From NCBI GenBank assembly GCA_903889565.1, contig CAISYC010000045.1, positions 67,192-131,191 of the forward strand: a stretch of DNA of 64,000 nt. The letters are read 5' to 3'. Under the pieces are notes generated by a model, which saw only the letters and a list, made by a program, of their open reading frames with translations, was not told the origin of the DNA and did not search any database. This DNA is from an uncultured beta proteobacterium. Its GTDB lineage: Bacteria; Pseudomonadota; Gammaproteobacteria; Burkholderiales; SG8-41. Shown piece by piece: positions 1 to 8,207 of the stretch (positions are counted from its first letter, which is position 1; the number at the start of each line of letters is the position of its first letter). The position numbers and the translations under genes were made by a program.

Positions 1-590
1 TGTTCGGCGACACCGTCAATGTCGCCGCGCGCATGTCGGGTCTCGCGGTGCCCGGCCAGATCCTGATGACCGCCGCCACCGCCGGCCTGCTCTCGCCCGA
101 ACTCAAGGCGAAGACGCGACGCCTCGATGCGCTTGCGGTCAAAGGCAAGGCGCAGGCGATCGACATTCACGAACTGCAATGGCAGGACAGCGATGCCGCC
201 ACGCTGGTGCCGGGACGCATGCCGGGCTTTTCGCAACTGACCGAGCCGCGGCTGCGCCTCACGCATCAGGGCCGCGAAATCGAATTCCGCATGACGATCA
301 CGATCGGCCGCGAGCCGAATCACGATCTCGTGATTCTCGACAAGATGGCTTCGCGCAATCACGCGCGCATCGAGAAGCGGCTCGACAAATTCGCGCTGGT
401 CGATCAGAGCGCCAACGGCACCTATGTCACCATCAGCGGCCGCGATGAAATCATGCTGCGGCGCGAGGAGTTCATTCTCTACGGCAGCGGCCGCATCGCC
501 TTCGGCGAATCGCCCAAGCGCCAGCCCAATCTCACGATCGTCGAGTTTCACTACGAATCTCCGGAAGAGCGGCTCGCCGCCGGCAAATAG
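1..590 (+). CDS. class III adenylate/guanylate cyclase (C-terminal part) fused to an FHA domain; 5' end lies outside the window
   Basis: Frame 3 from nt 3 reads FGDTVNVAARM, the class III cyclase catalytic-loop motif, and is continuous with ORF 33..590. The distal half has FHA hallmarks (TIGREPNHDLVI...SRNHARI...DQSANGTYV). Confidence 0.8.
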   Translation, partial: FGDTVNVAARMSGLAVPGQILMTAATAGLLSPELKAKTRRLDALAVKGKAQAIDIHELQWQDSDAATLVPGRMPGFSQLTEPRLRLTHQGREIEFRMTITIGREPNHDLVILDKMASRNHARIEKRLDKFALVDQSANGTYVTISGRDEIMLRREEFILYGSGRIAFGESPKRQPNLTIVEFHYESPEERLAAGK

Positions 591-733
591 CGCCGCGCAG
601 TTCAACGGCGGGATTGTGCGAGTCTGCCAGGTCGCGTGGCGAAAACCGGCCGGCCAGAAAACTGCGGGCCTTCGCCGAGGAAATCCAAAAACAAACCGCC
701 GCGCGGCGCAGAAATAACGAAGAGGAGCATGCA

Positions 734-1504
734 ATGGCTACACAAGGCAGGCTCGCAGGGGAAACCGCCATCGTCACCGCCGCCGGTCAGGGGCTGGGCG
801 AAGAAATTTCCAAACGCTTCGCGCGCGAAGGCGCCAATATCGCCGTCGTCGATATCAACCTTGCCGAGGCGCAGCGTGTTACCGGCGAAATCACCGCGGC
901 CGGCGGCTCGGCGATCGCCCTCGCCTGCGACGCGACCAAAAAAATCGATGTCACGGCCATGGTCGACACCGTTCTGAAGAAATGGGGCACCGTCGATATC
1001 CTCGTCAACGCGGCCGGCGGTTTTCACCAATTCGCGCCGATTACCGAGATTGCCGAGGATGCGTGGGACCGCGTCATCAACGTCAATCTGAAAAGCGCCT
1101 TCCTCTGCGCGCAGGCGGTCGCCAAGACCATGATGGAAAAGCGCAAGGGCCGCATCATCAGCATTTCCTCGGGCGCCGGCGTCGGTCCCAATCCCTACGC
1201 GCCGTCCTATCTGCCCTACGGCGCGGGCAAGGCCGGCCTGATCGGCTTTTCGAAACTGCTCGCGCGCGACATCGGCGAGTATGGCGTCACCGTCAACACC
1301 ATTGCGCCGGGCACCACGCTGACGCCGCGCGTACGCAAAGTGCGCGACGCCGCCAGCATCGAACGCATCAAGTCGCAGAATCCGATGAAAACGCTGGTCG
1401 AACCCGAAGACACCGCGGCCGCTGCGCTGTTCCTCGCATCAAGCGACGCGCGTTATATCACCGGCGTCAATTTGAACGTCAACGCGGGCAATATCATCGT
1501 TTAG
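734..1504 (+). CDS. short-chain dehydrogenase/reductase (FabG-like SDR)
   Basis: Contains IVTAAGQGLG (Rossmann fold), NAAG and YGAGK (YxxxK). ATG at 734 has a GAGGAG 7 nt upstream. The ORF-track start at 614 looks like an upstream extension. Confidence 0.85.
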   Translation: MATQGRLAGETAIVTAAGQGLGEEISKRFAREGANIAVVDINLAEAQRVTGEITAAGGSAIALACDATKKIDVTAMVDTVLKKWGTVDILVNAAGGFHQFAPITEIAEDAWDRVINVNLKSAFLCAQAVAKTMMEKRKGRIISISSGAGVGPNPYAPSYLPYGAGKAGLIGFSKLLARDIGEYGVTVNTIAPGTTLTPRVRKVRDAASIERIKSQNPMKTLVEPEDTAAAALFLASSDARYITGVNLNVNAGNIIV

Positions 1505-1535
1505 GCGCATTACCGGGAAACATCTGGGAGCAACC

Positions 1536-2360
1536 ATGTTCTACCGCTTTGAAGGCATGCAGGCGCACCACTTCAATCCGCACCTGTCGAGCGCCACCGG
1601 GCCCATTCTCGAGGGCGAGACCATGTACTTCCGGCTGGTCAGCAAACGCGCCGGCACCGGCGCCGAACTGCATTACCACCCGAACGAACTGTTCGCGTTT
1701 CCGCTGAAAGGCAAGGTCGACAGCATTGTCGGCCGCGACCGCCGCATCGTGCAGCCGGGAACGCTGGTGCATTTCCCGCCATATGCGCGCCACGGCTTCA
1801 AGGCGACCGAAGACGGCGATCTCGTCTACCTCTACATCAAGGACCGCACCTGGACACTAATCGGCGCGGCAGCCGACGAGGCCTTGCCCGACGCGGCGCC
1901 CTCCGCCGTCGAAGTCGCGCGCGCGCTCGCCGCCGGCAAATATCCGGGGCAGAAAAAAGACCAGGCAAAATCAAAAGCCATCATCAACGGCCTCGGCAAT
2001 TGTTATTACCCGCTGATCGATTCGCTGCGTGCGCCTGCAGCGTCGGCGCATTGCGAGCGCTCGATCGAAGGCAGCAACATTGAATTCCGCTTCGTCGAAT
2101 CGCCGGCCGGCCATGTCACGGGCGAGAAAAAAGCCGCGCACGAGCATTTCATCTATGTGCTTGACGGCGAACTCGACGCCCGCGTCGGCACGAAAAAGAA
2201 ACGCGTGAAGAAAGGCGACGTGATTCACGTGCCGCGCGGCAAACGCTGGCAACTCGCCGTCACCAGCCGCGGCCCGGTGCGCTATGCCGGTGTCGCCTCA
2301 ACCGCGCGGCTCGAAGCCCATATCGACCGCCACGGCGCTGCCGACAACTGGCGCGGCTGA
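1536..2360 (+). CDS. cupin-domain protein with two cupin barrels
   Basis: N-terminal barrel: ELHYHPNE...PPYARHGF. Second barrel: HEHFIYVLDGEL...GDVIHVPRG. ATG is preceded by GGGAG. Confidence 0.7.
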   Translation: MFYRFEGMQAHHFNPHLSSATGPILEGETMYFRLVSKRAGTGAELHYHPNELFAFPLKGKVDSIVGRDRRIVQPGTLVHFPPYARHGFKATEDGDLVYLYIKDRTWTLIGAAADEALPDAAPSAVEVARALAAGKYPGQKKDQAKSKAIINGLGNCYYPLIDSLRAPAASAHCERSIEGSNIEFRFVESPAGHVTGEKKAAHEHFIYVLDGELDARVGTKKKRVKKGDVIHVPRGKRWQLAVTSRGPVRYAGVASTARLEAHIDRHGAADNWRG

Positions 2361-2374
2361 TTACGCGGCCCTGC

Positions 2375-3136
2375 TCACGGCCGCACCAGCGTCATCACGT
2401 TGCCGTTGGTCGTCATGTTGACTCGGCGCAGAAAAGACATGCCGATCAGCACCGGCATGTCGGTTTGACCGACCGCGCCCTCGACGCGGCTCAATGTAAT
2501 GCCGCCGACGGTAACCCTGTCGAGCATGATCGCATTGTTGGTGGTCGTGCCGTTGGCGGTATTCATTTTCATCTGCTTGCCGCCCTCGTAACCGAGGCCC
2601 AGTTCGCCTGCGGTCTTGGCGCTCATGGTGACGAACGTGGCGCCGGTGTCGATGATGGCCGGCACGGTTTTGCCGTTGATCGTCACCATGGTCTTGAAGG
2701 CGCCGGCGCCAACGGCCTGCACAAATGCCACTTGCGGACCGTCGCCGCCGGCGGCGCCGCAGCGATCGGCAAAACATTCCGGACCACCGCGCAGACGGGC
2801 CAGCGCGGCCTGGCGCGCCACCCAGGCACGGGCGACCTCGTCGCCGTGGGCCGCTGCTTTTTCGTACCACAGCGCCGCCTTGTCCGGGCAACGGTCGACC
2901 ATGTATCCGGTTTCGTAATAAACCGCGAGATTGCGCTCCTCGACCACATTGGCGCGCGCCGCAAGGCGTTGTGTTTTTGCGAAATCCGGATGGGCCGCCG
3001 TCAACGGCGTGCGGTTGTCCGGATCGTCCGGGCCAAAGAAGCGGTCGGCGCCGCAATCAGCCATCGCTGATGAAACACCACCGATCAGCAGCACGCATAT
3101 CAGCCGGCCGACCTGCGAAGACTTTGCGTTTTCCAT
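2375..3136 (-). CDS. secreted retropepsin-like (clan AA) aspartic protease with a Sel1-like repeat
   Basis: Single DTGAT active-site motif in the C-terminal half and a hydrophobic N-terminal signal-like segment (RLICVLLIGGVSSAMA). Sel1-like AALWYEKAAAHGD. Start taken at ATG 3136 (MENAKSS); the track start at 3172 is a TTG extension. Confidence 0.65.
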   Translation of the reverse strand: MENAKSSQVGRLICVLLIGGVSSAMADCGADRFFGPDDPDNRTPLTAAHPDFAKTQRLAARANVVEERNLAVYYETGYMVDRCPDKAALWYEKAAAHGDEVARAWVARQAALARLRGGPECFADRCGAAGGDGPQVAFVQAVGAGAFKTMVTINGKTVPAIIDTGATFVTMSAKTAGELGLGYEGGKQMKMNTANGTTTNNAIMLDRVTVGGITLSRVEGAVGQTDMPVLIGMSFLRRVNMTTNGNVMTLVRP

Positions 3137-3212
3137 GGCACCCCCCCCCTTCGACCCGCGAAGTGATGACAACGGGATTCAGCCTACTCGCGCCGCAGGC
3201 GCCGCGCAAGAT

Positions 3213-3992
3213 TCAGCAGGCGGTCAGACCGCCGTCGAGCATCAGCGACTGCCCGGTGATGTAGGACGCCTGCCCGCCCGCCAGGTAGGACACGGCTGCA
3301 GCGACATCCTCTACGGTGCACAGGCGATGCAGCGGAATTTTGCTGATCATCGCGGTCAGATAGTCGGGCTCGCGCCCGACCGTCGATTTGCGCGACGGCG
3401 ATTCGGTGTCGAGCCGGCCCGGTGCCACGGTATTCACGCGGATGCCGTGTTCGGCCCACTCGATCGCCAGCATGCGCGACATTTGCATGACGCCGGCCTT
3501 GCCGATACCGTAGGCCGAGCGCTGGTCGGCGCCGATCACGCCCTGCACCGAAGTAATGCTGATGATGGATCCGGGCCGCTTTGCGGCGATCAACTGGCGC
3601 CCCATCTGCTGGGTCAGAAAAAAAGTACCGGTCAGATTGACGCGCAGGCAGGCATCCCATTCGTCGGGCGTGATGTCGAGCGCCTTCTTGCGCAGATTTG
3701 CCGCCGCGTTGTTGACCAGCACATCGGCACGACCGAAGGCGGCGATTACCGCAGCCATCGCCAGTTCGATACTGGGCTGCTGATTGAGATCGAGCGCAAC
3801 CGGCAACACGCGCCGTCCGCTGGTTTTGAGCCGGGCGATGGTGTTGGCGAGATTTTCGACGCGCGTCGCCGAGATCGCGATGTCGTAGCCGTCGCGCGCC
3901 AGCGCCAGCGCGCAGGCGGCGCCGATGCCGTAGGACGCACCGGTGACGAAAGCCACCGGTCGTACGCCGTCAATCTGTTGTGTTGCCTGCAT
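3213..3992 (-). CDS. short-chain dehydrogenase/reductase (SDR)
   Basis: Contains VTGASYGIG, NNAA and YGIGK (YxxxK). ATG verified at 3990-3992. Confidence 0.85.
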   Translation of the reverse strand: MQATQQIDGVRPVAFVTGASYGIGAACALALARDGYDIAISATRVENLANTIARLKTSGRRVLPVALDLNQQPSIELAMAAVIAAFGRADVLVNNAAANLRKKALDITPDEWDACLRVNLTGTFFLTQQMGRQLIAAKRPGSIISITSVQGVIGADQRSAYGIGKAGVMQMSRMLAIEWAEHGIRVNTVAPGRLDTESPSRKSTVGREPDYLTAMISKIPLHRLCTVEDVAAAVSYLAGGQASYITGQSLMLDGGLTAC

Positions 3993-4092
3993 CTTCGATC
4001 ACCCTGTCCATTTCATGCGTGTCGGATTTCTGTAAGCGCCGCATTCGCGCGGCTGCCGTAATTTTCGCCGCAAACAAATTTCGGCGCGCCGC

Positions 4093-5007
4093 TTACCAAC
4101 CGCGCGGCTCGGCCTGCAGGAATTTCATCGCCTGCAGATCGGCAGCGAGCGCGGTCTGTTCGGCCTCGCTCAGCGCGCGCGCCGGCGGCCGCGGATGCCC
4201 GCAGTCGCGACCCAATGCGCGCAGCGCGCCCTTGAGCCCGGCTAGCCCGGCGATTTTCAGGCGATGCGCGAGTTCCGCGAGGTCTTCCTGCCCGGCGCGC
4301 GCCTGCGTGAACTGTTGTTTGGCGCACAACTCGTAGACCTGCTTCACCAGCCCCGGCGCGACGGCAGACAGCGGCGAACACACGCCGATGCCGCCGATCA
4401 CGCCGGCCGGCACCATATAGTCGGTGCCCGCAATCAACTGGAAGTCCGGTCGCTTCGCGCGCCCGAGCGAGACGGTATCGACCATGATGACAAAATCCAT
4501 CGTCGCATCGATCACGCCCTGCAGGGTCGGCACGCGGTCGATGACCTCGAGCGTGATTTCGGCGGTCAGCGGCGTGCCGACGTCCTCCACGGGCGGGCTG
4601 CATAAAAAATACGGCAGCCTCGTCGCGTTGCCGATCTGCGCGAGATGCTCGACCACCATAGCGGCCTTCGGATGCCAGAAATACGGCGGATGCGAAACGA
4701 TCGCCGCGGCGCCGGCTTGCGCGGCGTGTCTGGCGCGCTCGACAGCGATGGTGGTGCCGGCATCGCTGACATGCGCAAGGACCGGCACGCGGCCCTTGAC
4801 CTGTTTGATCACGAAGTCGAGCAGCACGCCCTGTTCGTCGTCTTTGAGGCTCATGTCTTCGCCGGCCGGCATCGGCACGGCCAGCGCTTCGGCACCGTTG
4901 TTCAGATGAAACTCGATCAATTTCGCGCAGGTCGCGTAATCGATACTGTGGTCGGCCTTGAACGGCGTGACCGGCGCGTGAATGAGGCCGGGTTTGAATG
5001 TCGTCAT
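4093..5007 (-). CDS. DapA/DHDPS-family (class I aldolase fold) protein lacking the Schiff-base lysine
   Basis: Family-typical layout (APVTPF...; C-terminal LQAEPRGW shared with the neighbouring paralog). The position equivalent to GIKEAT reads GVIDAT, with Ile codon atc at 4510-4512. Start at ATG 5007 (MTTFKPG). Confidence 0.7.
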   Translation of the reverse strand: MTTFKPGLIHAPVTPFKADHSIDYATCAKLIEFHLNNGAEALAVPMPAGEDMSLKDDEQGVLLDFVIKQVKGRVPVLAHVSDAGTTIAVERARHAAQAGAAAIVSHPPYFWHPKAAMVVEHLAQIGNATRLPYFLCSPPVEDVGTPLTAEITLEVIDRVPTLQGVIDATMDFVIMVDTVSLGRAKRPDFQLIAGTDYMVPAGVIGGIGVCSPLSAVAPGLVKQVYELCAKQQFTQARAGQEDLAELAHRLKIAGLAGLKGALRALGRDCGHPRPPARALSEAEQTALAADLQAMKFLQAEPRGW

Positions 5008-5027
5008 GATATTTTCTCTTGAATGCG

Positions 5028-5945
5028 TTACCAGCCGTGCGGCTCGGTTTGCAGGATGTTGAGTTCTTCGAGCTGCCGGTGCAGGAAGGCGATGCGTTCC
5101 TTCGACGCGGTCGGCAGCGGCGAGCGCGTCGGCCCGACCGGGCGGCCCATCATGATCATGGCGCCCTTCAGCGACGACGGGTACTGGTCTTTGAACACGC
5201 GCCACAGGCGCGAAATCCTGTACTGGCACTCGCGCGCCAGCGGCCAGTCGTTGGCGACCAGCGCGGCGAAATATTTGTTGCACAGATTAGGCGCGATTGC
5301 GCCGGACGATGAAAACGATCCGCAGGCGCCGAGCGGATACGACGCGAGCAGGTGTTCTACGCCCATGATGATGGCGAAGCCTGGTCGCATTTTCAGCGCG
5401 ACGCGCGAGATCTCCATGAACTTCTCGCTGTGAAAACTCGCATCCTTCATGCCGATGTAGTTGGGCAGACGGTCGATCAGGCGCCAGGTCAGGTCGGCCG
5501 TAAACTCGACGCCCTCGCCGTTGCGCCACGGCGAGTTATAAGTCAGCATCGGCAGATCGGTGTGGGTGGCAATGCGCACGATCGAATCGAAGATCTCCTG
5601 CTGCGACGGCCGCCGGCAGTAGGGCGAGATGGTCAATATGAGGTCGGCGCCGATTTTCTGCGCGTGCTGCGCAATATCGAGTGAATCCTCCTCGGACAGC
5701 GTGCCGGTGAAAATCGACACCGGCACGCGGCCGGCGACGGTTTTCACCGCGATCTCGGCGCCGAGCTTGCGCTCGGCGATCGTCAGATTGAGCGACTCGG
5801 CCTTGTGATGCGGCCAGGCGATCGCCGGCGCGCCGTGACGGACGTGAAAGTCCACCATCTTGGCGAAACCGTCGCCATCGAAACTGAAATCGTCTTTCAG
5901 CGGGGTAACCGGGGCCTGCATGACCCCCTTCAGTGCAATTGCCAT
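5028..5945 (-). CDS. DapA/DHDPS-family aldolase/dehydratase-type enzyme
   Basis: Contains APVTPL..., TYNSP and IGMKDAS (catalytic Lys retained). Start at ATG 5945 (MAIALKG). Confidence 0.8.
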   Translation of the reverse strand: MAIALKGVMQAPVTPLKDDFSFDGDGFAKMVDFHVRHGAPAIAWPHHKAESLNLTIAERKLGAEIAVKTVAGRVPVSIFTGTLSEEDSLDIAQHAQKIGADLILTISPYCRRPSQQEIFDSIVRIATHTDLPMLTYNSPWRNGEGVEFTADLTWRLIDRLPNYIGMKDASFHSEKFMEISRVALKMRPGFAIIMGVEHLLASYPLGACGSFSSSGAIAPNLCNKYFAALVANDWPLARECQYRISRLWRVFKDQYPSSLKGAMIMMGRPVGPTRSPLPTASKERIAFLHRQLEELNILQTEPHGW

Positions 5946-6018
5946 CGTTGCTTCCTCTCCTTGAACCGATGTCCGGCCGTGCCGGTGTAACCTGTCTCGA
6001 AAATACCTGCGCCGGCGT

Positions 6019-6987
6019 TCAGCGCACGCGCAGAAAATCCGCCTTGCCGGGCAAATCGCTGCGCGCACCGAGCAGTTCGTAATATCGTCCCGCCAGCGCC
6101 ACGTCCTGCAATGCCGTGCCGACCGATTTGAAGGCAATCATGCCCTTGGCCGGCACTGCCGCCCGGCCGGCGACGATCTGGGCGAGCGTGGTCAGTTTGT
6201 CCGCCGGCAGCGCGCCCGCCTGCGCCGCCTGAATCAGATCACCGGCTTCGTGCTGCGCATGCGGCGAATCGGCCACTACCAGCGCGGCACGGCGAAAACA
6301 TTCGATATCCGCCTCGGCAAACTGCTTGCGCGTATTACCGACCGCGCACAGCAACCGGCAATCGGTCAGCCAGGCGCCCTGCAGCACCGGCTCTTTGCCG
6401 CGTGCGCTGCTCGCCGCGGCCACCACCTTGTGGCCGCGCGCGGCCGCCTCTGCCGTCGCTACCGGCGTCACAGGGATGCCGAGCTTCTGCGTCATCGCGC
6501 GCGCACAGGCCTCGCGATTGGCGGGCGTCGGACTGTATACAGTCGCGGCTCTGACGTCGTAAACGGCGGCGAGGCTTTCGAGCTGCATGCGCGCCTGATT
6601 GCCGGAACCGATGATGCCGACCGTCACCGGTCCTGCGATCGGCACCCTGCGCGCGATCACGCCGCTGGCGCCGCCGGTTCTGAGATCCGTGATCAACTGG
6701 CCGTCGAGCCAGGCCAGCAACGCGCCGTCCCGCAAACGATAGAGCGTGACGACATAGCGCACACCGGCACCGTCGATCGAATGATAAGCCTTGGTCGCGA
6801 GATAACCGGCTGCGTGATCGGCGGCGACCAGCATGCGCATCGCGCCGCCGGTGAACTCGGTGATGTACTTGGGCGAGACATCGGTGCGGCCGGCCGCCTC
6901 ATGCGTCAGCGCGCGTTCGAGCAAATCGATCACCTCGCGCATCGACAATGCGCCGTCCATGGTTGCGTAATCCAGAATCACCGCCAC
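6019..6987 (-). CDS. ornithine cyclodeaminase / mu-crystallin family protein
   Basis: Rossmann motif GIIGSGNQA and family-like N-terminus ILDYATMDGALSMREVIDLLE. Start is uncertain: GTG 6987 or ATG 6960. The longer track ORF would overlap the upstream Bug gene. Confidence 0.75.
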   Translation of the reverse strand: MAVILDYATMDGALSMREVIDLLERALTHEAAGRTDVSPKYITEFTGGAMRMLVAADHAAGYLATKAYHSIDGAGVRYVVTLYRLRDGALLAWLDGQLITDLRTGGASGVIARRVPIAGPVTVGIIGSGNQARMQLESLAAVYDVRAATVYSPTPANREACARAMTQKLGIPVTPVATAEAAARGHKVVAAASSARGKEPVLQGAWLTDCRLLCAVGNTRKQFAEADIECFRRAALVVADSPHAQHEAGDLIQAAQAGALPADKLTTLAQIVAGRAAVPAKGMIAFKSVGTALQDVALAGRYYELLGARSDLPGKADFLRVR

Positions 6988-7007
6988 TGCCTGCCCCCGC
7001 CCGCCGA

Positions 7008-7982
7008 TTATTCCGCCTGAATGCGCGCTTCCCTGACCACGCGCGCCCATTTCGCCACTTCGCTGCGCACCATGCTGCCGAATTCCTCGGGCGTCGCACT
7101 CGGCGTGATCTCGGCGCCGTCGTCCATAAAACGTTTTCTGATTTCCGGATCTTGCAGCGTGCGGGTTACTGCGGCATGCAGTTTCATGACGATTTCGCGC
7201 GAAGTTCCGGCCGGCGCGAGTATGCCGAACCACTGCACCGCCTCGTAGCCTTCGACACCCTGCTCGGCGATGGTCGGGATATCGGGTGCAATCGACATGC
7301 GTTTGGCGCTGGTAATGCCGTAGCCGCGCAAACGGCCGCTGCGGACATGCGGCAAACCGGTCAGGCTCGCCACCACCGTGATCGGCACCTGTCCGGCGAG
7401 GGCATCGATCAGCGCCGGATGCGTCGCCTTGTACGGCACATGCATCATCTTCGTGCCGGTGGTCAGCAGAAATAACTCCATGCCCATGTGCTGGATGGAA
7501 CCGATGCCACCGGTGGAATACTGCAACTGGCCCGGATGCGCTTTCGCCAATGCAATCAGTTCGCGCACGTTTTTCGCCGGCAACGAAGGATGCGACAGGA
7601 TCATCTCCGGCACCGTCACCATCAGCGAGACCGGCGCAAAGTCGCGCACCAGATCAAACGGTACTTTTTTCATCAAAGCGACGTTGCTGGCATTCGAAGC
7701 GATCGCGGTCAAAAAGGTGTAGCCGTCGGGCGCGGCGCGCGCAACGAATTCCGCGCCGATGTTGCCGCTGGCGCCGCCCTTGTTTTCGATGACGACGTTC
7801 TGCCCGAGGGCTTCGCCGAGTTTGGGCGCGATGATGCGCGTGGTGGTATCGGTGGCGCCGCCGGCGACCGAGGGCACCACCCAGCGCAACGGCTTGTCCG
7901 GATAAGCGGCTCCGGATACCGTTACCGCGTACAGCAGCAAGCCGGTCGCCGCCGACATTGCCATGCCGTTACCAGTTTTCAT
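7008..7982 (-). CDS. Bug-family (TctC-like) tripartite tricarboxylate transporter substrate-binding protein
   Basis: Signal peptide followed by the YPDKPLRWVVPSVAGGATD signature. ATG 7982 has a GGAGGGG RBS. The track start at 8099 would run through the tRNA gene. Confidence 0.85.
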   Translation of the reverse strand: MKTGNGMAMSAATGLLLYAVTVSGAAYPDKPLRWVVPSVAGGATDTTTRIIAPKLGEALGQNVVIENKGGASGNIGAEFVARAAPDGYTFLTAIASNASNVALMKKVPFDLVRDFAPVSLMVTVPEMILSHPSLPAKNVRELIALAKAHPGQLQYSTGGIGSIQHMGMELFLLTTGTKMMHVPYKATHPALIDALAGQVPITVVASLTGLPHVRSGRLRGYGITSAKRMSIAPDIPTIAEQGVEGYEAVQWFGILAPAGTSREIVMKLHAAVTRTLQDPEIRKRFMDDGAEITPSATPEEFGSMVRSEVAKWARVVREARIQAE

Positions 7983-8065
7983 TGCCCCTCCTGCTACAAC
8001 GCTGCGGATGGCACCGCCGGCACGCCCGGTCAAATCACCGACGGGCAGCTCATCTACTGTACGGG

Positions 8066-8142
<77 letters not shown>

Positions 8143-8207
8143 GCGGTTCTTATTATAACGGTGTGGCGTGGAGCACAGCCGCCGCGCCTGAGACTTTCGC
8201 GCGGCAC

